From Minisyncoccota bacterium (GTDB lineage: Bacteria > Patescibacteriota > Minisyncoccia > Phycocordibacterales > UBA9973): a stretch of DNA of 64,000 nt. The stretch spans positions 16,129 through 80,128 of the forward strand of contig DALYDM010000001.1 of assembly GCA_031973235.1 (NCBI GenBank). Direction: 5' to 3'. The stretch's first letter is position 1; each line of letters begins with the position of its first letter. The notes beneath the pieces are model-generated. The model was given only the letters and a program-made list of their open reading frames with translations. It ran no database searches and had not been told where the DNA came from. Shown in pieces: positions 9,250-18,741 of this stretch. The position numbers and the translations under genes were made by a program.

Positions 9250-10239
9250 ATGACAATTATAAAATCAATTGGAATTCTCGTAGCAGTTATAGTTGTGTTT
9301 CTTGTGGGCCAAAAAGCATTCGACGCATATTTTTCTTCAAGAAATCACAATAATGTTGTAGGAGTAATATCAGACAAAACAGGATCTCTTTCAGGTGATG
9401 ATGAGGGTGAGGGTGTATTCTTGAAAGGAAATTTCGGTGCTGAAATGGAAGATCTTTTGGCGGCTGTTTCTCGTTCAAGAAAAAATCAAACAAAAACTGG
9501 GACTAGTACAAAGGATTCATTTTCTACATCTCTAATCATAGATGAGTCAGGTTCAATTTCAGGAAGTACAAGTTCTCGATGGTGGGTTAATTCTGGTGGA
9601 CGATTTATAATTAATGGCTCAACAGCCAAGACAATTTTTGGTGATTTGCCCTCATCTGATAATTGGTACAAAGAGTATCTTTCTTCAAATCCACTAGATA
9701 CAGACAACGGTCTTCATCCTCAAAATATTTTTAGACTTGTTGAGCGTGAGTTTTGGAAAAATTTCTCACAGGAAGTGTATTTTAAAATAGTAAAATATAA
9801 TGTAAGTCAAAGTCCAAACAGGAATGCATCAAATGGAGTTTTGCTGTTTAATCGATATCAATCTGGTGATAGTCTTTACTATTCTGGAATTAGAGTTGAC
9901 GGAAACATTGTTGTTAAAAAGAAATTAAATGGAACATATTATACTCTTGGAACAATAAAACAATTTCCTGGAACATATTCAATTTCATCAAATCCAAATT
10001 TGCTCCCATTGAATCAATGGATAGGACTTAAAACTACAGTGAGAGATTTATCTGATGGCAGGATTGAAATAATTGTATATACCGATGTTACGAATTCAAA
10101 GCAGTGGGCAGAGTCACTTAAGGTATATGATGTTTCTGGTACAAACGGTTCAAATACCATTAGTACTCAGGGATATGCGGGAATACGAACAGATTTTATG
10201 GATGTTGAGTTTGACGATTACTCAATTTCATCACTTTAA
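9250..10239 (+). CDS. membrane-anchored secreted protein sharing a C-terminal domain with the upstream deacetylase
   Basis: N-terminal TM anchor; EFWKNFS / LYYSGIRVDGNIVVKKKLNGTYYTLG / AGIRTDFMDVEF align with HFWKNYT / SYYACGVSGNTLFIRKVINGNTSYLA / MIIWSESSIAHSIIHDF of the 7697-9223 ORF. Confidence 0.5.
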   Translation: MTIIKSIGILVAVIVVFLVGQKAFDAYFSSRNHNNVVGVISDKTGSLSGDDEGEGVFLKGNFGAEMEDLLAAVSRSRKNQTKTGTSTKDSFSTSLIIDESGSISGSTSSRWWVNSGGRFIINGSTAKTIFGDLPSSDNWYKEYLSSNPLDTDNGLHPQNIFRLVEREFWKNFSQEVYFKIVKYNVSQSPNRNASNGVLLFNRYQSGDSLYYSGIRVDGNIVVKKKLNGTYYTLGTIKQFPGTYSISSNPNLLPLNQWIGLKTTVRDLSDGRIEIIVYTDVTNSKQWAESLKVYDVSGTNGSNTISTQGYAGIRTDFMDVEFDDYSISSL

Positions 10240-10243
10240 TAAA

Positions 10244-10279
10244 AAACTCCTTAAGTGAAATTTCACTGAAGGAGTTTTG
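10244..10279. terminator. bidirectional rho-independent terminator
   Basis: aactccttaagtgaaa / tttcactgaaggagtt stem flanked by A-run and T-run, between convergent genes. Confidence 0.7.
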
Positions 10280-10284
10280 AGTGT

Positions 10285-10590
10285 TTAGATAAAGAACGTT
10301 AGTATCCAGCCGGTCGCGAGTATGGCAAGCGGTTCCAGTACAAACTTTACCAAGGCATTCTCAATGTTTTCAAGAAAACTTGCTGAATGATCAATCACCA
10401 CACTACCTCCACTTCTAGGCATGATTATTGCTATAATAAGCATCACACCTGATCCTGTTATTATTGTTAATTCAGGAAAGTGAAAAGTTGGGACAATGTA
10501 CCAATTCCAAAGTAAAGAGAAGATTTTTCCGTACCAGACTGTAGTTATCATTACATTGAGTAATGTTGCGATAATTGCTTTTGTTGACAT
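10285..10590 (-). CDS. small integral membrane protein (hypothetical)
   Basis: 101 aa with three predicted hydrophobic helices. Confidence 0.4.
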   Translation of the reverse strand: MSTKAIIATLLNVMITTVWYGKIFSLLWNWYIVPTFHFPELTIITGSGVMLIIAIIMPRSGGSVVIDHSASFLENIENALVKFVLEPLAILATGWILTFFI

Positions 10591-10765
10591 CGTTTAGGTT
10601 TTTAAATTTTTAAATATATTATCATAAAATAGAATTTTTGTCAAGTATGTTTATATCATAAAAAATACAGCGTTTTAGTTTCTCGCAAGTATGCATTATG
10701 ATCATCACGCGTGATAATCTACTTTTTCGCCAAAAGTCCCTATGTGTGGTACAGTGTGTTTCTAA

Positions 10766-12277
10766 ATGCAAAAGACAATCTCTGTCAAAAATATTGAATA
10801 CTCGGTCAATGAAAAGCCCATTTTGCAGGGCATTTCTTTTCGTTGTGCAGATGATGAGCGAATCTGTATATTCGGCGAAAACGGCGCAGGGAAGTCGACA
10901 CTCCTTAAGATTATTTGCGGTGAAGTAGAGCAAGATTCTGGAAGAATAGAAAAGCAAGGACATATCAGATTTGTATATGTACCACAAGAATTCGACCACT
11001 CATACTTCGAACTTTTGATAGAAGAATATATCAAAGAGAAAGCAGGTGAGACACTTTCAAAAAAAGTCCACAATATTGCAAAGGTTCTCGGATTTCATAT
11101 TGAAAAGCACAAAGATACAAAGTGTGGAAGACTCTCCGGAGGACAGCAAAAGATTCTTGCGCTCTCATGTGCGTTTGCGCTTGCACCGGACTTCTTGCTT
11201 CTCGACGAACCAGAAAACCATCTCGACATTGTAAGTCGTGTGGAACTCGTGCGACTTCTCGAAGAATTTCGTGGAGCGATTATTTTTATTTCTCACGATA
11301 GACTTCTCATTGATGGTGTTGCGACAAAAATTGGTGAAATAGTCCAAGGGAAAATTTATATTTCAGAAGGAGACTACGATGATTATATTCAGACTAAGGT
11401 TGAGCGAATTGCAGGACTACAACGTGAACATGATGTTCGTTCGAAGAGAATCAAGCAACTTTCTTCGGCGATTGTGATTCTCCAACAAAAAGCATTTCGA
11501 GGAAAAGAAGTCTCGGCATATAAGCGTGCAAAAGAAGAACTCGCACAACTCAAAAAAGAAGCAAAAGAAAACGGTAGACCAGACGAAGCACAAAACAAAA
11601 TTAAAATTGCGAGTACTGAGCAAGGTCTTCATGGAGGAAAATTGGTATTGAAAGTAGTAAAGGGAATGTTTGAATTTCCAGAACCAAAGAAAAGAATTTT
11701 TGATAATGTTGATTTGGAAATTCGCACAGGAGACAAAGTAGTACTACTTGGAAGAAATGGCTCAGGTAAATCTACATTTTTGAAGTGTCTCACAAGTGAA
11801 CTCACTCTCACGAAGGGCGAAGCGACTTTTGGAAACGGAATTACATACGCGTACTTTGATCAGCATGCACAATTTGACCCAGAATTAAGTGCGGTAGATA
11901 TTGTGTGTGAAAAACTCAACATGATAGACCAAGAAGCGCGTTCTGTTCTCGGTATGATGAAATTTGACACACCTCGGATGATTGCTCCTATTCGGAATCT
12001 CTCTGGTGGAGAGCGAATGAGACTTCGATTCGCGATTGTATTTGGTCAGCGACCAGACCTCATCATTCTCGATGAGCCTACAAACCATATCGATGAAGTA
12101 ACTTGGGAAATTCTCCTTGAAGCATGTAAGACGTCAAAAAGTACGATACTCCTCGTGAGTCACGACTATGAATTTATCGAAGCATTTGCTCCGAGTGTCT
12201 TTTGGGTGATTCACAATCAGGCTGTGGTGGCACGACACAAAGAACTCAACGAACTACTTGAAGAACTCAAATCATAG
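10766..12277 (+). CDS. ABC-F family ATPase (tandem ABC domains, no TMD)
   Basis: Two Walker A (GENGAGKST; GRNGSGKST), two ABC signatures (LSGGQQK; LSGGERMR) and two Walker B (LLLDEPENHLD; ILDEPTNHID) motifs, separated by a charged linker. Confidence 0.85.
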   Translation: MQKTISVKNIEYSVNEKPILQGISFRCADDERICIFGENGAGKSTLLKIICGEVEQDSGRIEKQGHIRFVYVPQEFDHSYFELLIEEYIKEKAGETLSKKVHNIAKVLGFHIEKHKDTKCGRLSGGQQKILALSCAFALAPDFLLLDEPENHLDIVSRVELVRLLEEFRGAIIFISHDRLLIDGVATKIGEIVQGKIYISEGDYDDYIQTKVERIAGLQREHDVRSKRIKQLSSAIVILQQKAFRGKEVSAYKRAKEELAQLKKEAKENGRPDEAQNKIKIASTEQGLHGGKLVLKVVKGMFEFPEPKKRIFDNVDLEIRTGDKVVLLGRNGSGKSTFLKCLTSELTLTKGEATFGNGITYAYFDQHAQFDPELSAVDIVCEKLNMIDQEARSVLGMMKFDTPRMIAPIRNLSGGERMRLRFAIVFGQRPDLIILDEPTNHIDEVTWEILLEACKTSKSTILLVSHDYEFIEAFAPSVFWVIHNQAVVARHKELNELLEELKS

Positions 12278-12316
12278 AAGATATGATGCATATCCACTTA
12301 GCTGTTTTGATATAAT

Positions 12317-12562
12317 TTGTGTATGTATTTTGTCTATATAGTGAAATGCAGTGATGACACACTTTATACTGGAATCACTACGAATCTAAAAAGGAGAATA
12401 ATGGAACACAACTCTCTCACAAAAGGAGCGAAATATACCAAAGCTCGCCAACCGGTGGTGCTTGTGTATTCAAAGAAATGCAAAAATCGTTCTGTTGCGT
12501 CGAAAGAAGAAGCAAGAATAAAAGGATTGAAGCGCTCGGAGAAGATGTCTATCTTTATATAA
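12317..12562 (+). CDS. GIY-YIG nuclease superfamily protein (UPF0213-like)
   Basis: 81 aa with FVYIVKCSDDTLYTGITTNLKRRIMEHN...KARQPVVLVYS, the GIY-YIG core. Confidence 0.75.
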   Translation: MCMYFVYIVKCSDDTLYTGITTNLKRRIMEHNSLTKGAKYTKARQPVVLVYSKKCKNRSVASKEEARIKGLKRSEKMSIFI

Positions 12563-12620
12563 ATGTATTCTTGCAAAAAAATGTACTGAGTGGAATAATT
12601 AAGGAAAACACTCATACTGT

Positions 12621-12998
12621 ATGGCTGCACCTCAGATTCTTACAGAAGAACATCACAGACGCCCGAAGTCTATAGGCGGGACAGATGCTCCTTCAAACAT
12701 CTCATTCGTTCCAGCAAAACTACATAAATGTTGGCACACGTTATTTGGTAATATGAATGCGTTTCAGATCAAAGATGAATTAAATCAATGGTTTGCTCCA
12801 AAAAGAAAAAGAGTTGTTTGTAAGTTTATAAATGGCTCTAAAGTTAGCATTCAAGGAGGTCAGCAAACAAAAAATAAGAACAAACGTCAAAAGGCGTTTG
12901 ATATGTTATTTAAAAACATGACTTTTTCTGAAGCGATCGATTATATCAATAGTGTGTGGCTCGATGGAAGTTATCACTTCTATATTCTGTCAAAATGA
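12621..12998 (+). CDS. HNH endonuclease-domain protein
   Basis: EEHHRRPKSIGGTDAPSNISFVPAKLHKCWH fits the HNH HH..P.S.GG.D..SN...H..H motif. Confidence 0.55.
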   Translation: MAAPQILTEEHHRRPKSIGGTDAPSNISFVPAKLHKCWHTLFGNMNAFQIKDELNQWFAPKRKRVVCKFINGSKVSIQGGQQTKNKNKRQKAFDMLFKNMTFSEAIDYINSVWLDGSYHFYILSK

Positions 12999-13110
12999 TT
13001 TTGTGGTTGGCATGTACATGTCAACCATTTTTTATTACCAATAGACTTGCTGGATAAATATTGAATTGTGTGCTATTATTTAGGCATTACCAAAAAGTAA
13101 AACATTAGAT

Positions 13111-13365
13111 ATGCCAACAGCAAACTCAGCATTTATGAAGCCAATGACTTTGAGTCCAGAACTCGAAGCAGTTATCGGAAAAGGGCCTATGCCACGAAGT
13201 GAAGTGGTCAAAGCGCTCTGGGTGTACATCAAGAAGCACAACCTTCAAGATCCAGCTAACAAGCGAAACATCAACGGTGATGAAGCGCTCACTAAAGTTT
13301 TCGGAGGAAAAAAGACTGTGACTATGTTCGAAATGACAAAACTCGTTTCAAAACATCTTTCATAA
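13111..13365 (+). CDS. SWIB/MDM2 domain protein
   Basis: 84 aa with LSPELEAVIGKGPMPRSEVVKALWVYIKKHNLQDPANKRNINGDEALTKVFG...TMFEMTKLVSKHL, the classic bacterial SWIB fold. Confidence 0.85.
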   Translation: MPTANSAFMKPMTLSPELEAVIGKGPMPRSEVVKALWVYIKKHNLQDPANKRNINGDEALTKVFGGKKTVTMFEMTKLVSKHLS

Positions 13366-13371
13366 ATAATA

Positions 13372-13402
13372 AAAAACGCACGACATGCTCGTGCGTTTTT
13401 TA
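13372..13402 (+). terminator. rho-independent terminator
   Basis: aaaaaacgcacgac-atg-ctcgtgcgtttttt. Confidence 0.8.
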
Positions 13403-13446
13403 TTTTCACATTTGTTTTTTGTAGTAATGAGTTACACTAAATATAT

Positions 13447-14472
13447 ATGAAGAAAATATTTTTTACTTTAATGCTCGTGTTCTTTCCATTCCTTCAGGCA
13501 TCTGCACATGTGAAGTGGTTTGTAGATAGTGATGCGATTGTTGAATCACAGCATGGAAGTACTGCGTTTTATTATCTTACAAGTAAGGAGGTTTTTGTGT
13601 GGTCGTTCATCACGATTGTTGTTGTAGGTATATTTGCCCTTATTGATAGACGCCTAAAAAGTCCACAATCTGTCGAACAATATGCAGCACGTCACAAAAA
13701 TACACTTGAAAGAATTGCTCAAGTAATGCTTGGTCTTTTCTTGGTAAGTGTAAGTCTCCTGTGGAAAATCGTTCTTATTCCTGAATTTCCAATTGATTCA
13801 CACTACATGCTTTTGCTGGGATCTGTGCAGATCATTGCAGGTACGTTGTTTATATTCAATCTTTATTCTCGACTTGGATCAATACTCCTTCTCGGACTTG
13901 TTGGATTGATGACATTTCATGTTGGATGGATTGCATTTTTTGAAAACATTATTTTGATTACACTCGCGATATTTTTCTACGTTCGTCATTCATCACCATC
14001 AAGCTTCGCATTTCGATTCAATGATCATGTACTGGAAATGGTAAGAATCGGAGTAGGTATATCATTGATCGTACTTGCGTTTACAGAAAAACTTATGTAT
14101 CCAGAGCTGAGCCTGTCGTTTCTTGATGTGCATCACTGGAATTTTATGCAACATTTTTTTGGTGTTGAATGGTTTTCAAATGAGCTTTTTGTTTTAAGTA
14201 CAGGATTTGCAGAAATGATTTTCGGGATACTGTTTATTTTTGGTTACATTACACGTATTACCACAGCATTAATCGCGTGTTTCTTTGCGATGTCAGTAGT
14301 AACAATGCTTGTACAGTTTAAACAATGGGAAGTGGAAGATTTGGTAGTGTATTCTGCGGCGGTGTTGCTTTTGTTTTTTGGAGCAGGTGCAACAAGATTC
14401 TTTCATAGAATTACAACAAAAGAATATATGAAGCAAAATGTTGGTGAATTATTTTTTAAGAAAGTATCGTAA
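13447..14472 (+). CDS. polytopic membrane protein with signal peptide (hypothetical)
   Basis: 341 aa with a signal-like N-terminus (MKKIFFTLMLVFFPFLQASA) and about 8 hydrophobic helices. Confidence 0.4.
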   Translation: MKKIFFTLMLVFFPFLQASAHVKWFVDSDAIVESQHGSTAFYYLTSKEVFVWSFITIVVVGIFALIDRRLKSPQSVEQYAARHKNTLERIAQVMLGLFLVSVSLLWKIVLIPEFPIDSHYMLLLGSVQIIAGTLFIFNLYSRLGSILLLGLVGLMTFHVGWIAFFENIILITLAIFFYVRHSSPSSFAFRFNDHVLEMVRIGVGISLIVLAFTEKLMYPELSLSFLDVHHWNFMQHFFGVEWFSNELFVLSTGFAEMIFGILFIFGYITRITTALIACFFAMSVVTMLVQFKQWEVEDLVVYSAAVLLLFFGAGATRFFHRITTKEYMKQNVGELFFKKVS

Positions 14473-14500
14473 TGTTTTGTAGCGTGATACACTTAACTTC

Positions 14501-15517
14501 ATGAAGGCAAAAGTAATTGAGAAAAATTTTTTCTACGCGTTTCTTGTACTCGTTTCAGTTATAGCTGGAATAATACTTTGGCCGTTTTTGTCAGTGATTG
14601 TTATCGGAGCATCTCTTGCGGTGGTATTTCACCCAGTGTATGTCCTTGTTGAAGAGAAAATCACACATGGTATACCGTGGCTTTCTGCACTCCTTACGAC
14701 ACTTCTTTTTCTTGTATTACTTGGAGTACCATTCTTTTTCATAGGTTCTTCAGTGTTTAGACAATCACAAGAAATGTATTCATCGATTACTTCAAATGGT
14801 GGGCCAAGTCCGTATATTGCACACATATCACAATCAATAAGTGAAGTATTACCCAACGGAATTTCTGTAGATGTTGCAAAAAAAATTGATGATATCGCAT
14901 CATTCTTGTCAGGTAGTGCATCAAAGATTTTTACATCTACGATTAGTACGTTGTTTTCCTTTTTGCTTGTTCTACTCTCACTATTCTATTTTCTCAAAGA
15001 TGGAAAACAGTGGAGAGATATGTTGATTGACTTGTCACCACTTCCAGATGAGTACGATGAAAAAATTCTTTACAAGCTTTCACGTGCAGTAAACGGAGTA
15101 ATGAAAGGGTACTTGCTGATCGCGCTTGTCCAAGGATTGTTGATGGGGATTGGGTTGTGGATTTTTGGTGTACCAAACCCAGCATTGTGGGGAGTGTTTG
15201 CCGGTGTTGCATCTATGGTGCCAAGTATCGGAACTGCACTTGTGGCAGTGCCCGCAATCCTCTATCTTCTTGTAACGGGTGACAGTACTGGAGCGGTTGG
15301 ATTTACAGCATGGGCGTTGATACTTGTTGGAACAATCGATAATTTTTTGAACCCAATCGTGGTCGCAAAGAATATTGATCTACATCCACTTATCATTTTG
15401 TTTGCAGTACTTGGTGGAATCTCGTTGATGGGAGCGGTGGGGATTCTCATTGGTCCACTTGTTGTATCACTTTTGTACACACTTCTTACTATTTATCGCG
15501 AACATTTCAAATCATAA
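14501..15517 (+). CDS. AI-2E family transporter (PerM/UPF0118)
   Basis: 338 aa with the family architecture and conserved C-terminal block (VQGLLMGIGLWIFGVPNPALWGV...NFLNPIVVAKNIDLHPL). Confidence 0.75.
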   Translation: MKAKVIEKNFFYAFLVLVSVIAGIILWPFLSVIVIGASLAVVFHPVYVLVEEKITHGIPWLSALLTTLLFLVLLGVPFFFIGSSVFRQSQEMYSSITSNGGPSPYIAHISQSISEVLPNGISVDVAKKIDDIASFLSGSASKIFTSTISTLFSFLLVLLSLFYFLKDGKQWRDMLIDLSPLPDEYDEKILYKLSRAVNGVMKGYLLIALVQGLLMGIGLWIFGVPNPALWGVFAGVASMVPSIGTALVAVPAILYLLVTGDSTGAVGFTAWALILVGTIDNFLNPIVVAKNIDLHPLIILFAVLGGISLMGAVGILIGPLVVSLLYTLLTIYREHFKS

Positions 15518-15518
15518 T

Positions 15519-15547
15519 AAAAACCTCGCATTTCATGCGAGGTTTTT
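15519..15547. terminator. bidirectional rho-independent terminator
   Basis: aaaaacctcgcatttcatgcgaggttttt between convergent genes. Confidence 0.8.
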
Positions 15548-15548
15548 A

Positions 15549-16025
15549 TTATGATTTTAGTGTACCTATTTTGTGAGAAGCGAGTTCTTTTTCTGGGCTT
15601 CGCTCTCCTCCGTGTTGGTCATCAAATGAGCTTGTGCCATCCTTTCCACAAAGTCGCTTTATTGCACCACTTCCGCCAGGGTGTTGATTTATAAATGAAG
15701 TGAGGTCGTATACATTACCACTTACGATTGTCCAACAGCTTGATGAAGAGTTGTGTGTTGCGACTTGTGCACTGGTGTATTCATTTGGGTTTGTTTTTGG
15801 TGGAGTTGAGGGTGTTGTTGGTTTTGGGGTTGTGGTAGGTGTGGTTTTTACTGGAGTGGTGGTTGTCGGTGAGGTTAATGTCTCTTTTGGTACAAGACTT
15901 GCAAGTGGTGGTTCATTCGCTACTGTCTTTTGTTCAGGTGCTTGTGAAGGTTGTTTGGTGGTTAGTAGGAATCCTGCATAAATAATAATAATGCTTATTG
16001 CTACAATTGGTACAATTTTTTTCAT
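15549..16025 (-). CDS. membrane-anchored cytochrome b5-like heme-binding domain protein with Thr/Pro-rich linker
   Basis: Signal-anchor, then a TTTPVKTTPTTTPKPTTPSTPPK linker, then a b5 core (CWTIVSGNVYDLTSFINQHPGG...FDDQHGGE) carrying both axial His positions. Confidence 0.65.
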   Translation of the reverse strand: MKKIVPIVAISIIIIYAGFLLTTKQPSQAPEQKTVANEPPLASLVPKETLTSPTTTTPVKTTPTTTPKPTTPSTPPKTNPNEYTSAQVATHNSSSSCWTIVSGNVYDLTSFINQHPGGSGAIKRLCGKDGTSSFDDQHGGERSPEKELASHKIGTLKS

Positions 16026-16123
16026 ATTGAAAGTATAGTACTTTTGAAAACTTAATCAAATGTGTGAGAATAATCGATTTTTGCACAGTCATATAGTCAA
16101 AAAGTTTTATATACTAGTAGTAT

Positions 16124-16780
16124 ATGGCGTTATCTAACACATTGAAACAATCACGACTCGATGAGCTCTCTGATGGAATTTTTGCAATTGTAATGACACT
16201 TCTCGTACTTGAGATAAGAATTCCGGAATTGCATGGAACACCAGACAATATTGACTTGATAGTTTCGCTTTTTCAAATAATTCCAAATTTGCTTAGTTAT
16301 CTACTTTCATTTGCGCTACTCTTTACATACTGGCGCGCACACCACTATGTGGTTTCTGTATATGCGAAAAATATCGATTCAAAACTTACAAATATCAATG
16401 CACTCTTCTTTTTCCTTATTGGATTAGTACCTTTTTCTAGTCAGTTGCTTGGACGTTATAGTGCTACTCAAGCTGCGGTAGTGTTGTTTGGGGTGCACAT
16501 GATATTGATTAGTTTGTGTATTTTGTGGATGAGGTCTTATGTGTTGAATGATCCCGCAATAAAAAATCCTCGCGTGAGTAAAAAGGAATTTCAAAATGGT
16601 ACACTCCGGACATTGTTGCCACTTTTTTCTGCGCTTGTTGCAATAGTGGTGAGTTTTTATAATATCAAAATATCACTAGCATTTTATACATTTGCAATAT
16701 TGTTTAATCTTTCACATACAAGTACTCATATTGTTCACACAGTGGTCGACAAGGCGCTTGGTCAAGAAGTTGAAAAATAA
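16124..16780 (+). CDS. DUF1211/TMEM175-like putative K+ channel
   Basis: RLDELSDGIFAIVMTLLVLEI matches the RxxxFSDGxxAxxxTLLVLE hallmark; 6 TM helices. Confidence 0.75.
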   Translation: MALSNTLKQSRLDELSDGIFAIVMTLLVLEIRIPELHGTPDNIDLIVSLFQIIPNLLSYLLSFALLFTYWRAHHYVVSVYAKNIDSKLTNINALFFFLIGLVPFSSQLLGRYSATQAAVVLFGVHMILISLCILWMRSYVLNDPAIKNPRVSKKEFQNGTLRTLLPLFSALVAIVVSFYNIKISLAFYTFAILFNLSHTSTHIVHTVVDKALGQEVEK

Positions 16781-16782
16781 TT

Positions 16783-17442
16783 ATGGATACTACACATTTT
16801 GATCTTTCAATAAAGTCATCTTCACTTAAAAATATCCCATTTGAGTTGTACCAAGTGTTTATGATTTTTGTTGTGCCGGTGACGTTGCTGTATTTTGGGA
16901 TTATACCCATAGAGTGGAGGTTTTTTGTACTTGCATTCTGTGCGCTTATGATTTATGGAATAATCCGAAAAGAAAAATGGAGTCTTGAGATGCTCGGTAT
17001 AAAAGAATTTCACACCGAAAAGGAACTCACTCCATATATCACTTTTGCATTGATGGGTATTTTTTTCATTATTGGCTTAGCAAAGATTCTTGGGATGCCT
17101 CCAAAGATTTCTACTGATAATGCACTTCACTTATTTTTACTTTTTATTCCTGTGTCTGCATTCCAACAATTTGCATATCAGGGTTTTCTTATGCCGATTC
17201 TCCACAGGGTGTATAGATCAAAGGTTAGAATTGTGTTTGTAAGTGCACTTTTGTTTACTTTTCTGCACATTATTTATCCAGACGCTGACGTAAATTTACC
17301 CTTGGCGTTTGTTGGTGGGATAGGTTTTTCGATGATGTATTTGCGTTACCCAAATCTCATTTTGATTTCAATTGTTCATGCGATATTTAATTTCACTGCG
17401 ATATTGTACGGTTTTTTTGTCATACCAAACTTATTAAAATAG
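16783..17442 (+). CDS. CPBP-family intramembrane protease-like (CAAX/Abi) membrane protein
   Basis: Polytopic, with FTFLH (FxxxH) and HAIFNF (HxxxN) motifs. The first EExxxR motif is degenerate (SAFQQFAYQGF), so catalytic competence is uncertain. Confidence 0.45.
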   Translation: MDTTHFDLSIKSSSLKNIPFELYQVFMIFVVPVTLLYFGIIPIEWRFFVLAFCALMIYGIIRKEKWSLEMLGIKEFHTEKELTPYITFALMGIFFIIGLAKILGMPPKISTDNALHLFLLFIPVSAFQQFAYQGFLMPILHRVYRSKVRIVFVSALLFTFLHIIYPDADVNLPLAFVGGIGFSMMYLRYPNLILISIVHAIFNFTAILYGFFVIPNLLK

Positions 17443-17459
17443 TATATACTTAACACATT

Positions 17460-17951
17460 ATGGGAATGGGAGAAATCGCACTATTGTTTGTTACATTTTT
17501 GCTTCTAGTTGGAAGTATGTTTATGACACTTATTCCAGCGCTTCCTGCGTTGCCGTTTATGTTTTTGATTGTGAGTGGGTATGCAATCGTGACAAAATTC
17601 ACCACTCTGTCAGCAGGGAACATGCTTATTCTTTTTGTCATAATGCTGGTCTCTTTATTGGTAGATATGCTTTCCGGAATTATTGGTGCAAAGTATGGTG
17701 GTGCAGGTAAAAAGTCATTGATATACGGATTTATTGGAATGCTTTTGGGTACAGTTATTATGCCGCCATTTGGTTCACTTTTTGGACTATTTGCAGGGGT
17801 GGTATTGTCGGAAATACTTGCATACAAGGACCACCACAAGGCTATTCGTGCCGCGACAGGTGCTGTGCTTGGAGTAGTGTTTGGAATCATGGTGAATTTT
17901 GCTCTCGCGTTTATTTTTATTGGAATGTTTGCATCGTTTCTTTATAAATAA
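17460..17951 (+). CDS. DUF456-like small membrane protein
   Basis: 163 aa, four helices, Gly-rich loops (GAKYGGAGKKS). Confidence 0.4.
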   Translation: MGMGEIALLFVTFLLLVGSMFMTLIPALPALPFMFLIVSGYAIVTKFTTLSAGNMLILFVIMLVSLLVDMLSGIIGAKYGGAGKKSLIYGFIGMLLGTVIMPPFGSLFGLFAGVVLSEILAYKDHHKAIRAATGAVLGVVFGIMVNFALAFIFIGMFASFLYK

Positions 17952-18006
17952 AAGTGGTGCATATGTGCTATACTATTAGTATTATTAGATACTAATCTAT
18001 ATTCTT

Positions 18007-18741
18007 ATGGAAACAGATACACGTTCGAAAGCATTGACGATATTCGGAATTATTCTTGGCGCAAGTATGATTGCAAGCGTGCTTATAGGAGCGGGTGTGT
18101 TCTATAAAATAAAATCATACGACAATGCTCTGTCTGTGACTGGTTCTGCAAAACGTGAAGTTACTTCAGATAAAGTGAAGTGGACTTCTAGTATTACTCG
18201 AACTGTTAAAATTTCTGGTCTAAAAAATGGCTACACACAAATGGCCAAAGACTTAGCTGATGTAAAAGCATTTTTTAAAGAAAAGGGAATTCCCGATGAG
18301 GCGATCACTATTTCTCCGGTGTTCATGAATGAAAACTGGCAACAATACGCAACCGCAGAAACAAAAGAATACAATCTTGTTCAAACATTTGAAATTCAGT
18401 CAGATGATGTTGTGAAGATTACTGATGTATCAAAGAATATTCAAACAGTTATCGACAAGGGAATAATTTTCCAAAGCAATTCTCCTGAATATTATTATTC
18501 AAAACTTCCAGAGATGCGTGTAGAGCTTTTGTCTGAAGCACTTGCTGATGCAAAGAATCGTGCAACAAAACTTGCTGAATCTACAGGAGGTAAGGTGGGT
18601 GCACTCAAATCTGCATCGTCGGGTGTGGTCCAAGTACTTACTCCAAACTCTACTGAAGTTTCGGATTATGGTTCATACGACACTTCAAAAATTCAAAAGG
18701 AAATCATGGTTACTGTCAAAGCATCATTTACTGTAAAATAA
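18007..18741 (+). CDS. SIMPL domain protein (DUF541, YggE-like)
   Basis: TM anchor then SVTGSAKREVTSDKV...ELLSEALADAKNRATKLAESTGGKVG, the SIMPL pattern. Confidence 0.7.
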   Translation: METDTRSKALTIFGIILGASMIASVLIGAGVFYKIKSYDNALSVTGSAKREVTSDKVKWTSSITRTVKISGLKNGYTQMAKDLADVKAFFKEKGIPDEAITISPVFMNENWQQYATAETKEYNLVQTFEIQSDDVVKITDVSKNIQTVIDKGIIFQSNSPEYYYSKLPEMRVELLSEALADAKNRATKLAESTGGKVGALKSASSGVVQVLTPNSTEVSDYGSYDTSKIQKEIMVTVKASFTVK

